This document shows, piece by piece, positions 47,980-61,453 of a DNA stretch of 64,000 nt. The position numbers and the translations under genes were made by a program. The number at the start of each line of letters is the position of its first letter. Position 1 is the first letter of the stretch. Location of the stretch: NCBI RefSeq assembly GCF_009914755.1, contig NC_060944.1. One strand, 5' to 3'. The stretch comes from the human T2T-CHM13v2.0 reference genome, Homo sapiens. Below the pieces are notes generated by a model. The model did no database searches. It saw only the letters and a program-made list of their open reading frames with translations, and was not told where the DNA came from.

Positions 47980-49546
47980 TTTTTTTTCTCATTAAACATT
48001 GTTTTCATGGGTCTTAAAATCCTGTGACCAATGTTTGGTCAAATAGATTCTGATTAATAAGTACCGATTTTAAAAACTAATAACTTCAAAAAACTGTCAC
48101 ACACACAAAAAAACAAATGGTCCACAAAACATTCTCCTTTCCTTCTGGATGTTTTATGATGCATTTATTGTTAACCAGTCTTTTACTATTAACTTAAATG
48201 TCCACTTGAAACAAACAGTTCTGAGACTTTTTCCACCACTGATTAAGACTCGGGTGGCATGTATTAGGGCTAATATTCATTTGGCCTTCTGAGATTTCTG
48301 GGCAGACTTGGTGGCCTTGCCAGCTCCTGCAGGCTTCTTGTCCACTGCTTTAATGACGTCCACAGCAACTGTCTGTATCACATCATCAACAGCAAAGGGA
48401 CCCAGAAGAAAACGGTCAGAGAAGCTCTCTACACACAGAACCATATCAACAATGGCGGCATCACCCGATTTGAAGAATTTGGGTTCATCTTCCACCTTCT
48501 CACCAGAATGGTGACCAATCTTCTCCATCAGCTCAGCAAACTTGCAAGCAATAAGAGCCATGTGACAATCCAGCACAGTGGCACAGCCAGTATTGATTTG
48601 GCCTTGATGGTTCAGGGTAATCACCTGAGCAGTGAAGCCAGCTGCTTCCATTGATGGGTCATTTGTGCTGTCACCAACCAGGTTGCCACAATAAGCATAT
48701 TTGACAGACATGTTGTTGACATTGAAGCCCACTGTGTCCCCAGGAAGAGCTTCACTCAAAGCTTAATAGTGCATTTCAGCAGACTTCAGTTGTGATGTTG
48801 ACTTGAGCAAAGGTGCAGTATCCACACTAGGCTTGAGAGCACCAGTCTCCATTTGGCCCACAGGGGCAGTATTGATACCACCAATATTGTGGACATCCTT
48901 GAAGGGCAGACAAAAGGGCTTGTTAGTTGGACAAGTTGATGGTAGAATGCAATCCAGAGTTTCCAGCAGTATGGTTCCACAGGCATGGCCATTTTTACAG
49001 GTGACTTTCCATTCCTTGAGCCAAGGCATGTGAGCACCTGGGTGCAGCCTTCTGTCACCATTGCCACTGATAATTGGCCCAAATGCTTCTGTGTCCGGGC
49101 TGTAGGCAATTTCTTAATGTAGGTGCTGACTTCCTTAATAAATTCCTCATATCTCTTCTGGCGTTAAGGTGGCTCAGTGAATCCATTTTCTTAACACCAA
49201 CAATTATTTGTTTCACACTCAGTGTGAGCCAGAAGGGTGTGCTCCTGGGTCTGCCCATCTTGGAGATAACAGGTTTAGATTCATCAATGGAGGCAACAGT
49301 CAGGACAGGATAGACAGCCCCAGATGTTCCCGTAATCATGTTTCTGGTAAAGACTCAGTGTCCTGGGGCATCAGTGATGATCACACAACATTTGCAGGTC
49401 TCCAGTTCCCACAGGGAGAGGTGAATGGTGATGCAACACTCACTCTCAGCCCTCAGTTTATGCAAGACCCAGGCTCACTTGAAGGAACCCTTTCCCGTCT
49501 GAGCAGCCACCTTCTCAAATTCTCTAAATGCCTCTTTGTCGATCTG
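47980..49546 (-). pseudogene. EEF1A1P34: Processed EEF1A1 pseudogene, 5'-truncated and frameshifted
   Basis: Intronless, broken frames giving [21 protein letters not shown] and [22 protein letters not shown] (stop at 48277); EEF1A1 3'UTR at about 47990-48276 with a short A tail. The EEF1A1 parent is certain; the P34 number is from memory. Confidence 0.9.
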
Positions 49547-51249
49547 CTTAAACTAGAGTCTGTTGTCTGCAACTAAGAACTCTGCCTGATATACACATCA
49601 CACACACCCCCGCTGCCGAGCTGTAAATGTTAAACAATAGGCTCTCTGTGGAAAAAAATGCCCTGTGCCATTTTGCACTCCCACCAGCAGTATAGGAGAG
49701 TTCAGGCTGCTTTGTGTTCTTGCCAGCATCTGTTTGCCAGCATGTTATTGATGTTGGTAAAAGAAACAATGTAATTAAAAAAAAGTTCCAATATCATAGT
49801 GTGATTTTGGGTTGTGGGGCAAAATATTAACACACCTTTCTATTCCTCTGTCACTGTTTTTACTATTAAAGAAAAGCACACTTATTTCAGCCTAATACCT
49901 CCCATTTGTTGACCCATATAGTCACAAATGGAGAATTTGAGGAAGTCTACCCCTTGAAATATTGTTTCATTGAAACCAGAGAAATGTTTGAAAATGTATA
50001 GACACAGCTTCTCTAATTGTTCCTGTGCTCTCTGCAGCGGCATGAGCACATGGTGGGCACAGCTGTCCCACCACTGGTCCAGGGTAAATCACTTTATCTC
50101 CCTGGGTTGTCCTACGAATGGGAAAGAGATTATGAATAAAGTGAATCAGGTATAGCAGTTCAACTTCAGGATCAGTCTGTAATTTAAGGTCATTTTCATG
50201 TTGGATTAGGAAGCATATTCAAAGACAAGAGGCTTATGGTTAGTAGCTAATTAACGGCCTTGATGGAATTCTTAACAATTCAGGATATTGTGCTGATTTG
50301 AAGCCGTTGCCAGCTCCCTCTGTTAATAAGCTGTGCTCTGTTCCCCCTCATCTCTGACTCCCAGAGTCTGCTGCAGAGCTAGATAAGGATTTCAGCCTGC
50401 ATGCCCATCAGGGCCCAACTTGCTGGGGGCTGGAATCTGACCTCAGGACCCTCAACTTCAGTTTTTCATCTACAGGGAATTTTTCTTGTCTTACCTTCCA
50501 AGGCAATGTTCTCAGCACATGATACTTGACATCCAGAGAAATCCTTGTTATCAGTGTCAGAGTCTTTTAATAAGAGACTGGGCCCAATTTGTGCTCACTG
50601 GTGTGTGAGAAGAAGACCGAGAGCGAGGTGGGTGAAGGGGAGGCAGCAGAGCAGTGGTGAGCTCACGCATTCCAAAGAACCAAATAAATGATTCTGGATA
50701 ATCTGCCATTTCAGTATTGCCTTTTCTCCCCTCTTTAGTGCAGATGGCATGGGACTGTACTAGATCAGGTGGTGAGAGGAGGACAAGCACCTACTGAACT
50801 GCTCAGGCTGAAACATCTCATCCCCTCTGCCTCTTTAAAAGTAAACGTAGGAATTGCATTCACTCTATTGTAATCCAATTTTGAAGCTTCTAGAAATAGG
50901 AATTTTGTTGCCAGGCCTCAGTAGAAGTAATTCCCTTCCCTAACAATCACGAAGGAATTAAAACAGCATGCAATGGGGCTGGTGAAGTGTGTCCTTGTAA
51001 AATATTAGACTTGGCTTGTTGTCTGGTTTTAACTAATATGCCAAACTATAGGTGTGGATATAACTTATTTCTGGATTCCATGATGGTTATTTTATTGGAT
51101 GTTTTCTCATTTGTGTATCTGAATTCTGAAGTGACAGAGACCCAATTTCCCTTTGATTCTCCTCCCCACCCAAGGTTTGACCCAGTGTATCAGTTAGCTT
51201 CTGCTATGTAATGAACCACTCCAAAAGTCAGTGGCTTAGAATGACATAC

Positions 51250-54200
51250 ATTTTTTTAAATGGACTGTACTTTTTAGAGAAGTTTTAAGTTCATGGAAAA
51301 ATAGTGCAGAAAGTAAAAAGAGCTCTTACACATCCTCTGCCCCCACACATCTGCAGTTTCCCTGACTAACATTCCAACACCAGAGTGATACATTTGTTAC
51401 GATTGATAAACCTACATTGATACACCAAGATCAACCAAAATCTACAGTTTACCATAGCGTTCACTCTTGGTGTCCTATATTCTATGTGGTTGGGGCAAAT
51501 GTACGATGACTTGTGTTCACCATTACAGTATCATGTAGATTGGTTCACTGCCCTAAAAATCCTCTGCTCTGCCTATTTATCCTTCCCTCCTCCTAACCCC
51601 TGATAACCACTGATTACCACTGATCATTTTACTGTCCCCCAATTTTGCCTTTTCTAGAATATCATATATTTGGTATCCTACAGTATGTAGCCTTTTCAGA
51701 CTGGCTTATTTCACTTAGTAATATGCAGCTAAGTTTCTTCTATGGCTCGATAGCTCACTTTTTTTTAAGCATTGAATATTCCATTATCTGGATGTACCAT
51801 GATTTATCCACATACTGAAGGACATCTTGGTTGCTTCCAGTTTTGGCAATTATGAATAAAGCTGTATTAGCCCATTTTCATGTTGCTGATAAAGACATAC
51901 CCAAGACTGGGCAATTTACAAAAGAAAGGTTTAATTGGACTTACAGTTCCACATGGCTGGAGAGGGTTCACAATCATGGTGGAAGGCAGGAGGAGCAAGT
52001 CACATCTTACGTGAATGGTGGCAGGCAAAACAAAAGAGCTTGTACAGAGAAACTCCCGTTTTTTAAAATCATCAGATCTCATGAGACCCATTCACTATCA
52101 TGAGAACAGCATAGGAAAGACCCATCCCCATGATTCAGTCATTTCCTACCAGGTCCCTCCCACATGTGAGAATTATGGGAGCTACAAGATGAGATTTGGG
52201 TAGGGACACAGAGCCAAACCATATCATTCCACCCCTGGCCCCTCCCAGTCTCATATCTTCACATTTCAAAACCAGTCATGCCTTCCCAACAGTCCCCCAA
52301 AGTCTCAACTCATTTCATCATTAACTCAAAAGTCCACAGTCCAACATCTTCTGTGAGACAAGGCAAGTCCCTTTCACCTGTGAGTCTGTAAAATCAAAAG
52401 CAAGTTAGTTATTTCCTAGATACAGTGGGGGTACAGCCATTGGGTAAATACAGTCATTCCAAATGGGAGAAATTGGCCAAAACAAAGGGGTTACAGGCCC
52501 CATGCAAGTCCGAAATCCAGCAAGGCAGTCAAATCTTAAAGTTCCAAAATGATCTCCTTTGACTCCATCTCTCACATCTAGGCCATGCTGATGTATGAGG
52601 TGGGTTCCCATGGTTTTGGGTAGCTTTGCTCCTGTACCACAGGGTACAGCCTCCCTCGTGGTTGCTTTCATGGGCTGGCGTTGAGTGTCTGCAGCTTTTC
52701 CAGGTGCACGGTGCAAGTTGTTGGTGGATCTACCATTCTGGAATCTGGAGGATGGTGGCCTTCTTCTCACAGTTCCAATAGGCAGTGCCCCAGTGGGGAC
52801 TCTGTGTGGGGGCCCCACATTTCCCTTCCACACTGGCCTAGCAGGGGTTCCCATGGGTGCCCCACTCTGCAGCAGACTCCTGACTGGACATCCAGGCATT
52901 TCCATACATCCTCTGAAACCTAGGTGGAGGTTCCCAAACCTCAATCCTTGACTTCTGTGCACTCCCAGGTTCAACACCATGTGGAAGCTGCCAAGGCTTG
53001 GGGCTTGCACCCTCTGAAGCCATGGCTGGAGCGGCTGAGAGGTAGGGCACCAAGTCCCTAGGCTGCACACAGAATGGGAACCCTGGGCCTTTGGAAACCA
53101 TTTTTTCCCCCTAGGCCTCTGGGCCTTTGATGGAAGAGGCTGCTGTGAAGACCTCTGACATGCCCTGGAGACATTTTCTCCATTGTCTTGGGGATTAACA
53201 TTTGGCTCCTCGTTATTAGGTAAATTTCTGCAGCTGGCTTGAATTTCTCTTCAGAAAATGGGATTTTATTTTCTATTGCATTGCCAGACTGCAAATTTCC
53301 CAAACTTTTATGTTCTGTTTCCCTTTTGAAACTGAGTGCCTTTAACAGCACCCAAGTCACCTCACGAATGCATTACTGCTTAGAAATTTCCTCCGCCAGA
53401 TACCCTAAATCATCTCTCTCAAGTTTAAAGTTCCACAAGTCTCTAGGGCAGGGGCAAAATGCTGCCAGTCTCTTTTCTAAAGCATAACAAGAGTCATCTT
53501 TTCTCCATTTCCCAACAAGTTCCTCATCTCCCTCTGAGACCACCTCAGCCTGGTCCTTATTGTTCATTCACCTTATTGTTCATTCATATCACCATCAGCA
53601 TTTTTGTCAAAGCCATTCAACAGGTCTCTAGGAAGTTCCAAACTTTCCCACATTTTTCTGTCTTCTTCTGAGCCCTCCAAACTGTTCCATCCTCTGCCTG
53701 TTACCCAGTTCCAAAGTTACTTCCACATTTTTGATGATATTTTCAGCAACATCCCACTCTACTGGTACCAATTTACTGTATTAGTCCACATTTACTCTGC
53801 TGATAAAGACATATCCAAGACTGGGCAATTTACAAAAGAAAGAGATTTAATTGGATTTACAGTTCCACATGGCTGGGGAGGCCTCACAATCATGGCAGAA
53901 GGCAAGGAGGAGCAAGTCACATCTTATGTGGATGGCAGCAGGCAAAATAAAAGAGCTTGTGCAGATAAATTCCTGTTATTTAAAACCATCAGATCTTGTG
54001 AGACCCACTCACTATCACAAGAACAAGACAGGAAAGACCTGCCCCTATGATTCAATCACCTCCCACCTGGTCCCTCCCACAACATGTGGGAATTATGGGA
54101 GCTATGCAGTCTATGCATGTCTATGCATGCTAACAAAATTACTCTTGTACCCCATAAATTTATACAAATACAAGATGAGATTTCTGTGGGGACACAGAGC

Positions 54201-54500
54201 CAAACCATATCAAAAACTGCTGTGAATATCCATGTGCAGGTTTTTGTGTGTACATAAGTTTTCAACTTTTTTGGGTAAGTGCTAAGGAGCAAAACTTCTG
54301 GATCATATAATAATAGCATATTTAGTGTTGTAAGAAACAGCCAAAGTAGCTGTTTTCCAAAGTAGCTGCACTATTTTGCATTTCCATCTTCAGTGAGTGA
54401 GAGTTCCTGTTGCTCCACATCCTCACCAGCATTTGTTGTTGTCAGTGTCTTCGATTTCTGCCATTCTAATAGATGCATAGTGGCAACACTCATTTTTTAC
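51250..54500 (-). mobile_element. L1MC-type 3' region split by the THE1 and itself inserted in an MLT1 LTR (about 51185-51250 and 54500-54830)
   Basis: L1 text gcaattatgaataaagc resumes as tgctgtgaatatccatgtgcagg after the THE1. Confidence 0.7.
51863..54212 (-). mobile_element. Full-length THE1 (THE1A-like) MaLR element: 5' LTR 53777-54212, internal 52227-53776, 3' LTR 51863-52226
   Basis: Two LTRs of about 360 bp (tgtattag...caaaccatatca) around about 1.55 kb of THE1-int; TSD aaagc/aaaac. Confidence 0.92.
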
Positions 54501-54959
54501 TTTTTAAGATTCTGTTGGTTGTTCAGGTGGCCCTTCTCATCTGAACTTCTCAGGCGGGATGCCATGGTCTTGGATGATCTTAATTCTATTACTGGGGCTT
54601 TGGCTGGAACGATTGTGGCCTCATTCCATGTGATCTCTCAACCTCCAGCAGGCTAGACCAGGCTTCTTCACATGATGGTGGAAGGGTTCCCTGTAGCAAG
54701 AGGGTATGTCCAAGTAGAAAGCATTTTTCAAGCTGCTGTTTGGCTTGTTTGCTACATGAAAAAAAATGCAAGTCACACATCTAGGCCTAAATTGAAGAGA
54801 TAGAGAAGAGCTGGATTCTATTTCTTCATGGAAGGATTTGCTCTATTTTCCCCTTCTATAGCAATTGGCGACTGTGATGTCTAACTCAGCACAGAGATAA
54901 CCTCTGACATTACATCCAGTCACTCTAAATCCCCATCTAAGGGGGCACCCATAACATTA

Positions 54960-55110
54960 GAGATTACTTGGTGGGTACAATGTATGTTATTTGAGTGATG
55001 GGTACACTGACAACCCTGACTTCACCACTATGCAGTCTATGCATGTAACAAAATTACACTTGTACCCTGTAAATTTATACAAATACAAATTAAAATAGAC
55101 AAATAAAAAC
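54960..55110 (+). mobile_element. L1PB4/L1MA4-like 3' end fragment
   Basis: gggtacaatgta...gacttcaccactatgca...gtaacaaaattacacttgtaccc followed by an A-rich tail. Confidence 0.75.
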
Positions 55111-55849
55111 AGCTTCTTTAGTTAATACAGGGAAATATTATAGAAAGGAGATTAATTAATTCTGCTTTTCTAATTATTCAGTTGGTCTTGTTCCTAGGAG
55201 GCAGTCATCATCCCCTAAAACCCCAGCTGTAGGAGCTCATAATCTTTGGTCTTAATGTTCTATAAAATAAAAGCAATACATTTACTCTTGCCTGCATTTC
55301 TTAACTGCTAAACAAGAAGCTTTTGAGGTTTAAGGGCTTACAATTAATTGTACTTCTTTGCCTTCCATCTTTAGAATCAGTTGAGAAACAGATACAAGCA
55401 ATGGGAATTAAACATCAAAATGATACCTCTATCGCTGACAGCATTGGTCCAGAGAAAGCAGCTTGGGGTACAGCCAGACAGGGCTCCTGCTTCTTCCCAT
55501 AAGGACAGACTTGGGATGCTCCATGGGAGAGGAGCCTGGGTCTGCAGAGCAGGTCCACTGGCCTGGCCAGAAAAAAAGAAAGTTGTTGCTTCTCACCTTC
55601 CAGATTATGGCAGTCAAGACAGAGGGATCAGGGAAGGGCTCAGGAACAGGGAGAAAAGAGGCCATCAGGCTGTGTGTGAGTATGGCTCCTTCTCCCACCT
55701 CTTCACCAGTCAGCTACAGCCCTGCCCTTTCCAGGGGAGGAGTGAGGAGTGAAAGGATGAAAAAATTAAGTGGAAGTTTTTTCCAAATACTTTCTATTTT
55801 GACTTTCGGGGCAATTTTTCTATATGCATATTGTGTTAACTTCTTGTTG

Positions 55850-56440
55850 AAGGAAAATACACAGAGGAGAGCACTCAACATGAGCAGACAACTCAGCACA
55901 TTTTCGCAAATGGCAGACACTTGTGTAACCAGCACCCGGAATAACAACTGAGGCATTACCAGCCCCCTAGAAGCTGTATGGGTTCTTTTTGTGTCTGACT
56001 TCTTTTGCTCAAAATGATGATTGTGAGGTTCACCCATGTTGTGTGTAGATGTGACCGGTTAATTCTCGTTGCTGTATAGTATTCCACTCTGTGAATACAT
56101 TGCAATTTACCCATTCTACTGTTGACGGGTAAACTGCATCAACAGTAGAGTGGAATGCTCTGTGAATACATCTAGAAACCATGTCTAGTTTCTAGATTTG
56201 ACTGATTAAAACATTCTGATATGTGTCTTTTGTGAAAATATGCAGGTATTTCTGTTAGGCATATCCCTAGAACTATCCTTTAGAACCCAGAAGTTCCACT
56301 TATAGAGATACATGCACAAAAGATGCTTAGCAATTTTAGATACTAAAAACCGTTTTCCAAAGTGGAACCGTGTTGTACTCCCACTGGCAGCATTATGAGA
56401 ATTCCAGATGCCCACCTCCTTGTCTCCCAATATTTTGAAA
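55850..56440 (-). mobile_element. Old L1ME-type fragment
   Basis: ttcacccatgttgtgtgt...gtatagtattcca; ctcccactggcag...tatgagaattcca. Confidence 0.55.
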
Positions 56441-56475
56441 AGGGAAGAAGTTCTTGTTCTATAGATAAGTAAAAT

Positions 56476-56478
<3 letters not shown>

Positions 56479-56508
<30 letters not shown>
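56479..56508. repeat. (GA)n microsatellite
   Basis: About 15 GA units. Confidence 0.9.
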
Positions 56509-56511
<3 letters not shown>

Positions 56512-57819
56512 AGTCCCCCATAATAGAAAAAGGAAGAATTTTCCGAATAATTTTTAAAAAGAATTTTAAAAAATGCATCAATCCATCTTATTTTTTGATA
56601 CAGTTCAAAATAAGTTGCAGACAATTATTAATAACAGACGGGGACTTTTTAGGTGCAATACCTCCTTACAAGCAGAAGAGTGATTCATGATCTAACTTTA
56701 GAAACTTGAGATGCTCTCAAAATCTCATCCAGCTCCGTGGAGGAAGGATTCTGCAGACAAGATGTTCCCTCCACAGAAATTGTGATAAAGCACCAATTAG
56801 TGACTACAGCAAAGAAGTGGGAGTGTTTAACCTTTTGGGTGCACCAACAATGTGCTCCTTAATTTGAAAATAGGGTACAAAGTGTTAGCAAGTGAAGAAG
56901 AGTAATCGTTCATCACTCAACTTGACATATCTCCTTTGCAGCAGAGGCAGGAGAAGGGATCCTCTCTGCTCCATTTATTTTGGCTTTCATCTAACTTCTC
57001 TGAGAAAGGACCAGATGCTCTAATGAGGGGTACCAGACACTGAAAATATCTGGAGATCAGGATAAAACACGCTGACAGCTTTCCCCTTGAGAAGCCTACC
57101 TTCCCTCCAAGCTCCTTAGAGCATTTTATATGCATTACCCAGCAGCAAGTCTTATTATCCTTTTTTTGCAAATGGTAGAAAAGTGATGCAGGGAGGCTGA
57201 GCTGAAAAAGCTCACTTGAGGATACCAGGGAAGCCAAATGTTCAGCTCAAAATAGAAACCGAGAACTCTGGGAAACTCAGACAGCATGAGAAGGTCCTTT
57301 CATCTCTGGACCCTTCTGTATCTTTTTAGACAATAAGCCTTTCCCTGAAAGAATTTTTCCCCCTAATGACAGGGCTGCCAACTCTCCCTCCAGGATGTTG
57401 TAAAAAGGTGACATTTAACTGAGGAAATGGAAACTCTAATTGACTTCTCCTAAAGCAGAAAAATAAGTGGCCTGTATTCCTTCTCTTGGCCAGATGTTTG
57501 TAATTGTCCCCTTGGGATTCTACCTTGGGGGAAGCTGAAAGAGGCAAAACAAAATTGTCCACTTGAATTGGTCTACTTACACCCACAAGAATTGTTTTTA
57601 CTTCGTGGTGGAAGATGTGGAGAGCCCATCCAAGAAGACAGCAATTTCAGGAAGAGGATTCCAGCTCATGTCACTAGCTGCCAGCCCCAGAATCTCTTGC
57701 AGTGATAAATAAGGAGCTTGAGGTGAACACTCCATTTTTAGATCTGGATATTTGGAGGCCTGTGCTTATTTGAACCAGTTGTGTTCCTTGCTTTGGATAA
57801 AGGAATTTTAGCAGAGATG

Positions 57820-58085
57820 ATGTGAGCAAAATCTTGAAATGTGCTTGTGTAGGATGTCTTGCCCTCTTGTGTTGCAGTCATCATCATGAGAAGAACATGC
57901 CCCAGGGAGTCTGTGGGTCCAAGAAGGATGGACCAGCTGAGCTCAGCCTACATGGGCCAACCACTAGCCACTCTGAAAACATGTAATCAAGAAATAATTG
58001 TTTACTATTGTGAGCCACTCAGATAACCACTGAGTTTTGTGGTGGTCTGTTATGCAGCACATTATGTTATAATGGACAAATATAG
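57820..58085 (+). mobile_element. MLT1 LTR 3' part
   Basis: gagaagaacatgccc...gagccact...gttatgcagca. Confidence 0.55.
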
Positions 58086-58303
58086 GGCTATTAAGAGTAG
58101 AATAAGTAGAGGAGGATTCTTAGCGTGCTGTGGACAATGCTTGCAAAAGTGCTTGGCTTAGGGTAGTCACATAGCAAGCACCTAGTAACTATGAGAGAAA
58201 TGGAGCTCATCAGGTTGATTGTATATCATATAATTTAAAGATTAGAGTGAATCACATTAAATATTCTGAATGTCTGGACTGTCTGTTGATATCTTCCTAT
58301 TAA

Positions 58304-58629
<326 letters not shown>

Positions 58630-59789
58630 ACTTTTCTCTCTTTTTTTGTATCCTTTTCCCATGACTTCTTTACTGTCTCTTCCCCAATCAGTATTTCGGT
58701 ATCTATCTATGACTATCTATCTATGACATCCATCTGTCTATGACTCAGACCTGGGCTGAACTATATACTCGCCACATAGATTCTGCAATTAATATTCTGC
58801 TGTATTTGTTTTATGTATATGTCTACCTACGCTTGTATACATCCATCAATCCATCTTATTTTTTGATGCTTTTCAAATAAGTGGCAGACATCAGTGCTCT
58901 TCACCCCTATGGTGAATTTTGACAAATGCATACACTCATTATCCCTGAAGGTGTCCTTAGGCCCCTTTCCAGTTAAGTCTACCCCCAACTCCCAAGGTGA
59001 ACTCTATTCTGATTTTTTTCCCACCATAGATTAGTTTTGCCTGTTTTAGAACTTCATATAAATGAAATTGTACATGGTGTAATCTTTTGTGTCCAGCTTC
59101 TTTCATTAGCAAAATATTTTCAAGTACCTGTGTTGTTATAAGGGTCCTCATTTTAAAACGAATAATTTGACAAGATCTTTGCAAACTGATCTTTACTTTA
59201 AAATTTTGGACTTCTCTGATGTGTATGTAAATACAGTAACCACCTTTAAATTAAATAGCCTAAATACAGTAACCACTTGAACTAAGCCTCTGAAACAGAC
59301 ATCTCTCCCATGTGTCTGTCAGACCTTGTCTTTCTGTTTTCATGCTCCCCACATCCCCCTACCTTGTTTAGCATTGATAAACATTTCAAAACTGCAGAGG
59401 GAATTTATCATATTTGTCTCAAGGGCACAGCGCTTTTGATTTACTGTGTTCAGTAAGATGCAGGGGGCTAACCAACCTCTTAGGATTAACTGCATTTGAC
59501 TTACCTTCAAAAGGTCATCAGCAGTACATCCTTAGTAGGCCTCACAATAGTGTGTCCACAATACGGGTTAGTGGGAGTGATTGAAAGGCTTGGAGAGTTG
59601 TCCTTCTGGGTTTGCTCTGGTTGGGCGATCAGAGTCCATAGCACTGGGTGGGAAAACATGAAAGAAAATAAGTGAAAGTGACATGTTCCTCCAGAATAGC
59701 TAAAGGTCAGCGCTCACCCCATTCAACCACTGTATTCCCTAGACTTAGCATGAGGCGGTTTCTAAAAATCAAAGCCACACTTAGCGTGG

Positions 59790-60200
59790 TAATGTGGCTT
59801 TGTACCATGTCAACCTAGCTAAGCGGGAACTACGTTTCCCAGAATTCCTTGCCTGTAGGTTTCCGGGGTTAGCACACGCCACGTGACCTGATGCGGGCTT
59901 CGTGAGGCGGAAGTGACGCAGTGTTGTCGTCTCGTAGGCTTGAAAGGTAGGTGCCCGACATTAGGGACTGTCGCAGCCCGGGGAATTGTCCCCATCTGCT
60001 GGCTTACCTTGTGGGCGTGGATCCCCTCTAACTTTCCTAATTCCCGGGCGGCCCGCGGGCCTGCGGCAGATTCAGCTCTCAGGACTCCACTTTCAGTTTC
60101 TTCCACTTCTGGGGCAGGCTGCTTGTCCTGCCACTCTCAGGCCCCCCACCAGACACGGCAGCAACAGCTGTTCCTAAGTGTTCAACTCGCTCCTTCCCGC
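59790..60200. promoter_or_regulatory. CpG-enriched promoter in an old ERVL-type LTR; probable LCDR(+)/LINC00652(-) lncRNA promoter region
   Basis: Clearest non-Alu, non-L1 CpG cluster in the window. ZNF143-associated ACTACGTTTCCCAGA at 59829-59843, E-box CACGTG at 59880-59885, ETS-CRE GCGGAAGTGACGCA at 59907-59920. The lncRNA names come from recalled gene order only. Confidence 0.7.
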
Positions 60201-60760
60201 AAATGTAGAAGCTCAAATCCCTATAGCAAATTCCATATTCTATGTCATTCTTAATGCTTCCGTCTCTCTGGTTGAATCTAGATTGGATACAATCAGTGAT
60301 GCACATTTACCAGACAGAGGATGTGCAGCGTTTACTGTTGATTTCTCTCTTTTCCTCCCTATCACCTCAGTTTAGTTCCAGGATCCACACTCCTCCACCA
60401 TAGTCAGGAGATTCAGGGAAAGTTGGCAGGGTTCAGCTTTCAAGTTGACCCTTGATGAACCATGGTCAATCCTGTTAAGAGGCGTGAAAGCCAATCCCAG
60501 CCAATGAGATTGGGGAGAAATCACTGAAGAACTTGTGGAAAACAGACCCTCTGGATAAAAGACACGTGTGGGGAAAAAGGGGCTTTTTAATGTTATTCTG
60601 GATGTTTCCCAAAAGTACTGCTGCTGCCTTGCCTCCCTGACAGACACTGGCCTTAGGATGACATGCGGCAGGAAGGAAGGACGGATCTGGGGTTTTTCAA
60701 GACTCACTGAGATGCACAAGGAACCAACCCTCAAGTAGCCAACTCGTTCCTGTTTGCATG

Positions 60761-61453
60761 TGTCGACTGAAAAGAATCAAAATAAACAAAATATAACTAT
60801 TTCTAAGAGGTTACAACTTGCAGGCAGGAAGCAGGCCTCTACCTGAGGCCATAAAGCATACTTTGAAGGAGAAAAGGTAGGTATTTATGCTAGGTGGAGA
60901 GGTAGGATATACGTATTCTGTAGCATACAGGAGAAGCCTATGAAAATTCATGGAGGAAACTCGTTAGAGACACGCACTGGGCTTACATATGAAGAATATC
61001 CAAAAGCGGATGACCTGTGTTCACTCTGGGGTGAAGATTTAACATTTAAATGTATTATAATTAGGCTGTAAATGCAAAAAGGTGAAACATAGGGCACAAG
61101 TTCACGATCTGTGCAATCTCCAGAGACCAGTCTGATCTAGCCTGCAGCTGGCAGTCATCTGTCAAGAAGGGGCTCTTTGTAGCCCAGAGTAGCTGTCAGG
61201 TTGGAACCATAAAACCAAAAGGAGGGCATCGGCGGTTAGGTGAAGAAAAGAAGTCTTTTGGCCTTTTTTCCTCTTCAAGTCAGCTTTTGATAAGATCTAG
61301 TAATAATAAGGGGATGGGTGTGGCTGCAGGTGGGACATGTCGGTTCTCTGTCCTGTCACAGCTAAGAACTAAGAACTTTAGAGTCTTTCAGCCATAGAGG
61401 GTCCTGTCATCCATTGAAGGGATCAGTCCATTGGGATTTTGCCAGTTTTAGCA
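60761..61453 (-). mobile_element. ERV1 MER4-group LTR
   Basis: Starts tgtcgactgaaaagaatcaa; ttcactctggggtgaagatttaacatt; subfamily unresolved. Confidence 0.5.

Noticed and set aside
48277-48759. 160-aa EF-1-alpha-like ORF as a functional retrogene
   Set aside because: It has a TTG start after an in-frame stop, upstream domains are frameshifted, and conserved residues are deleted or substituted.
52405-53070. 221-aa minus ORF
   Set aside because: It lies in THE1 internal sequence and looks like a remnant of the MaLR ORF; there is no evidence of domestication.
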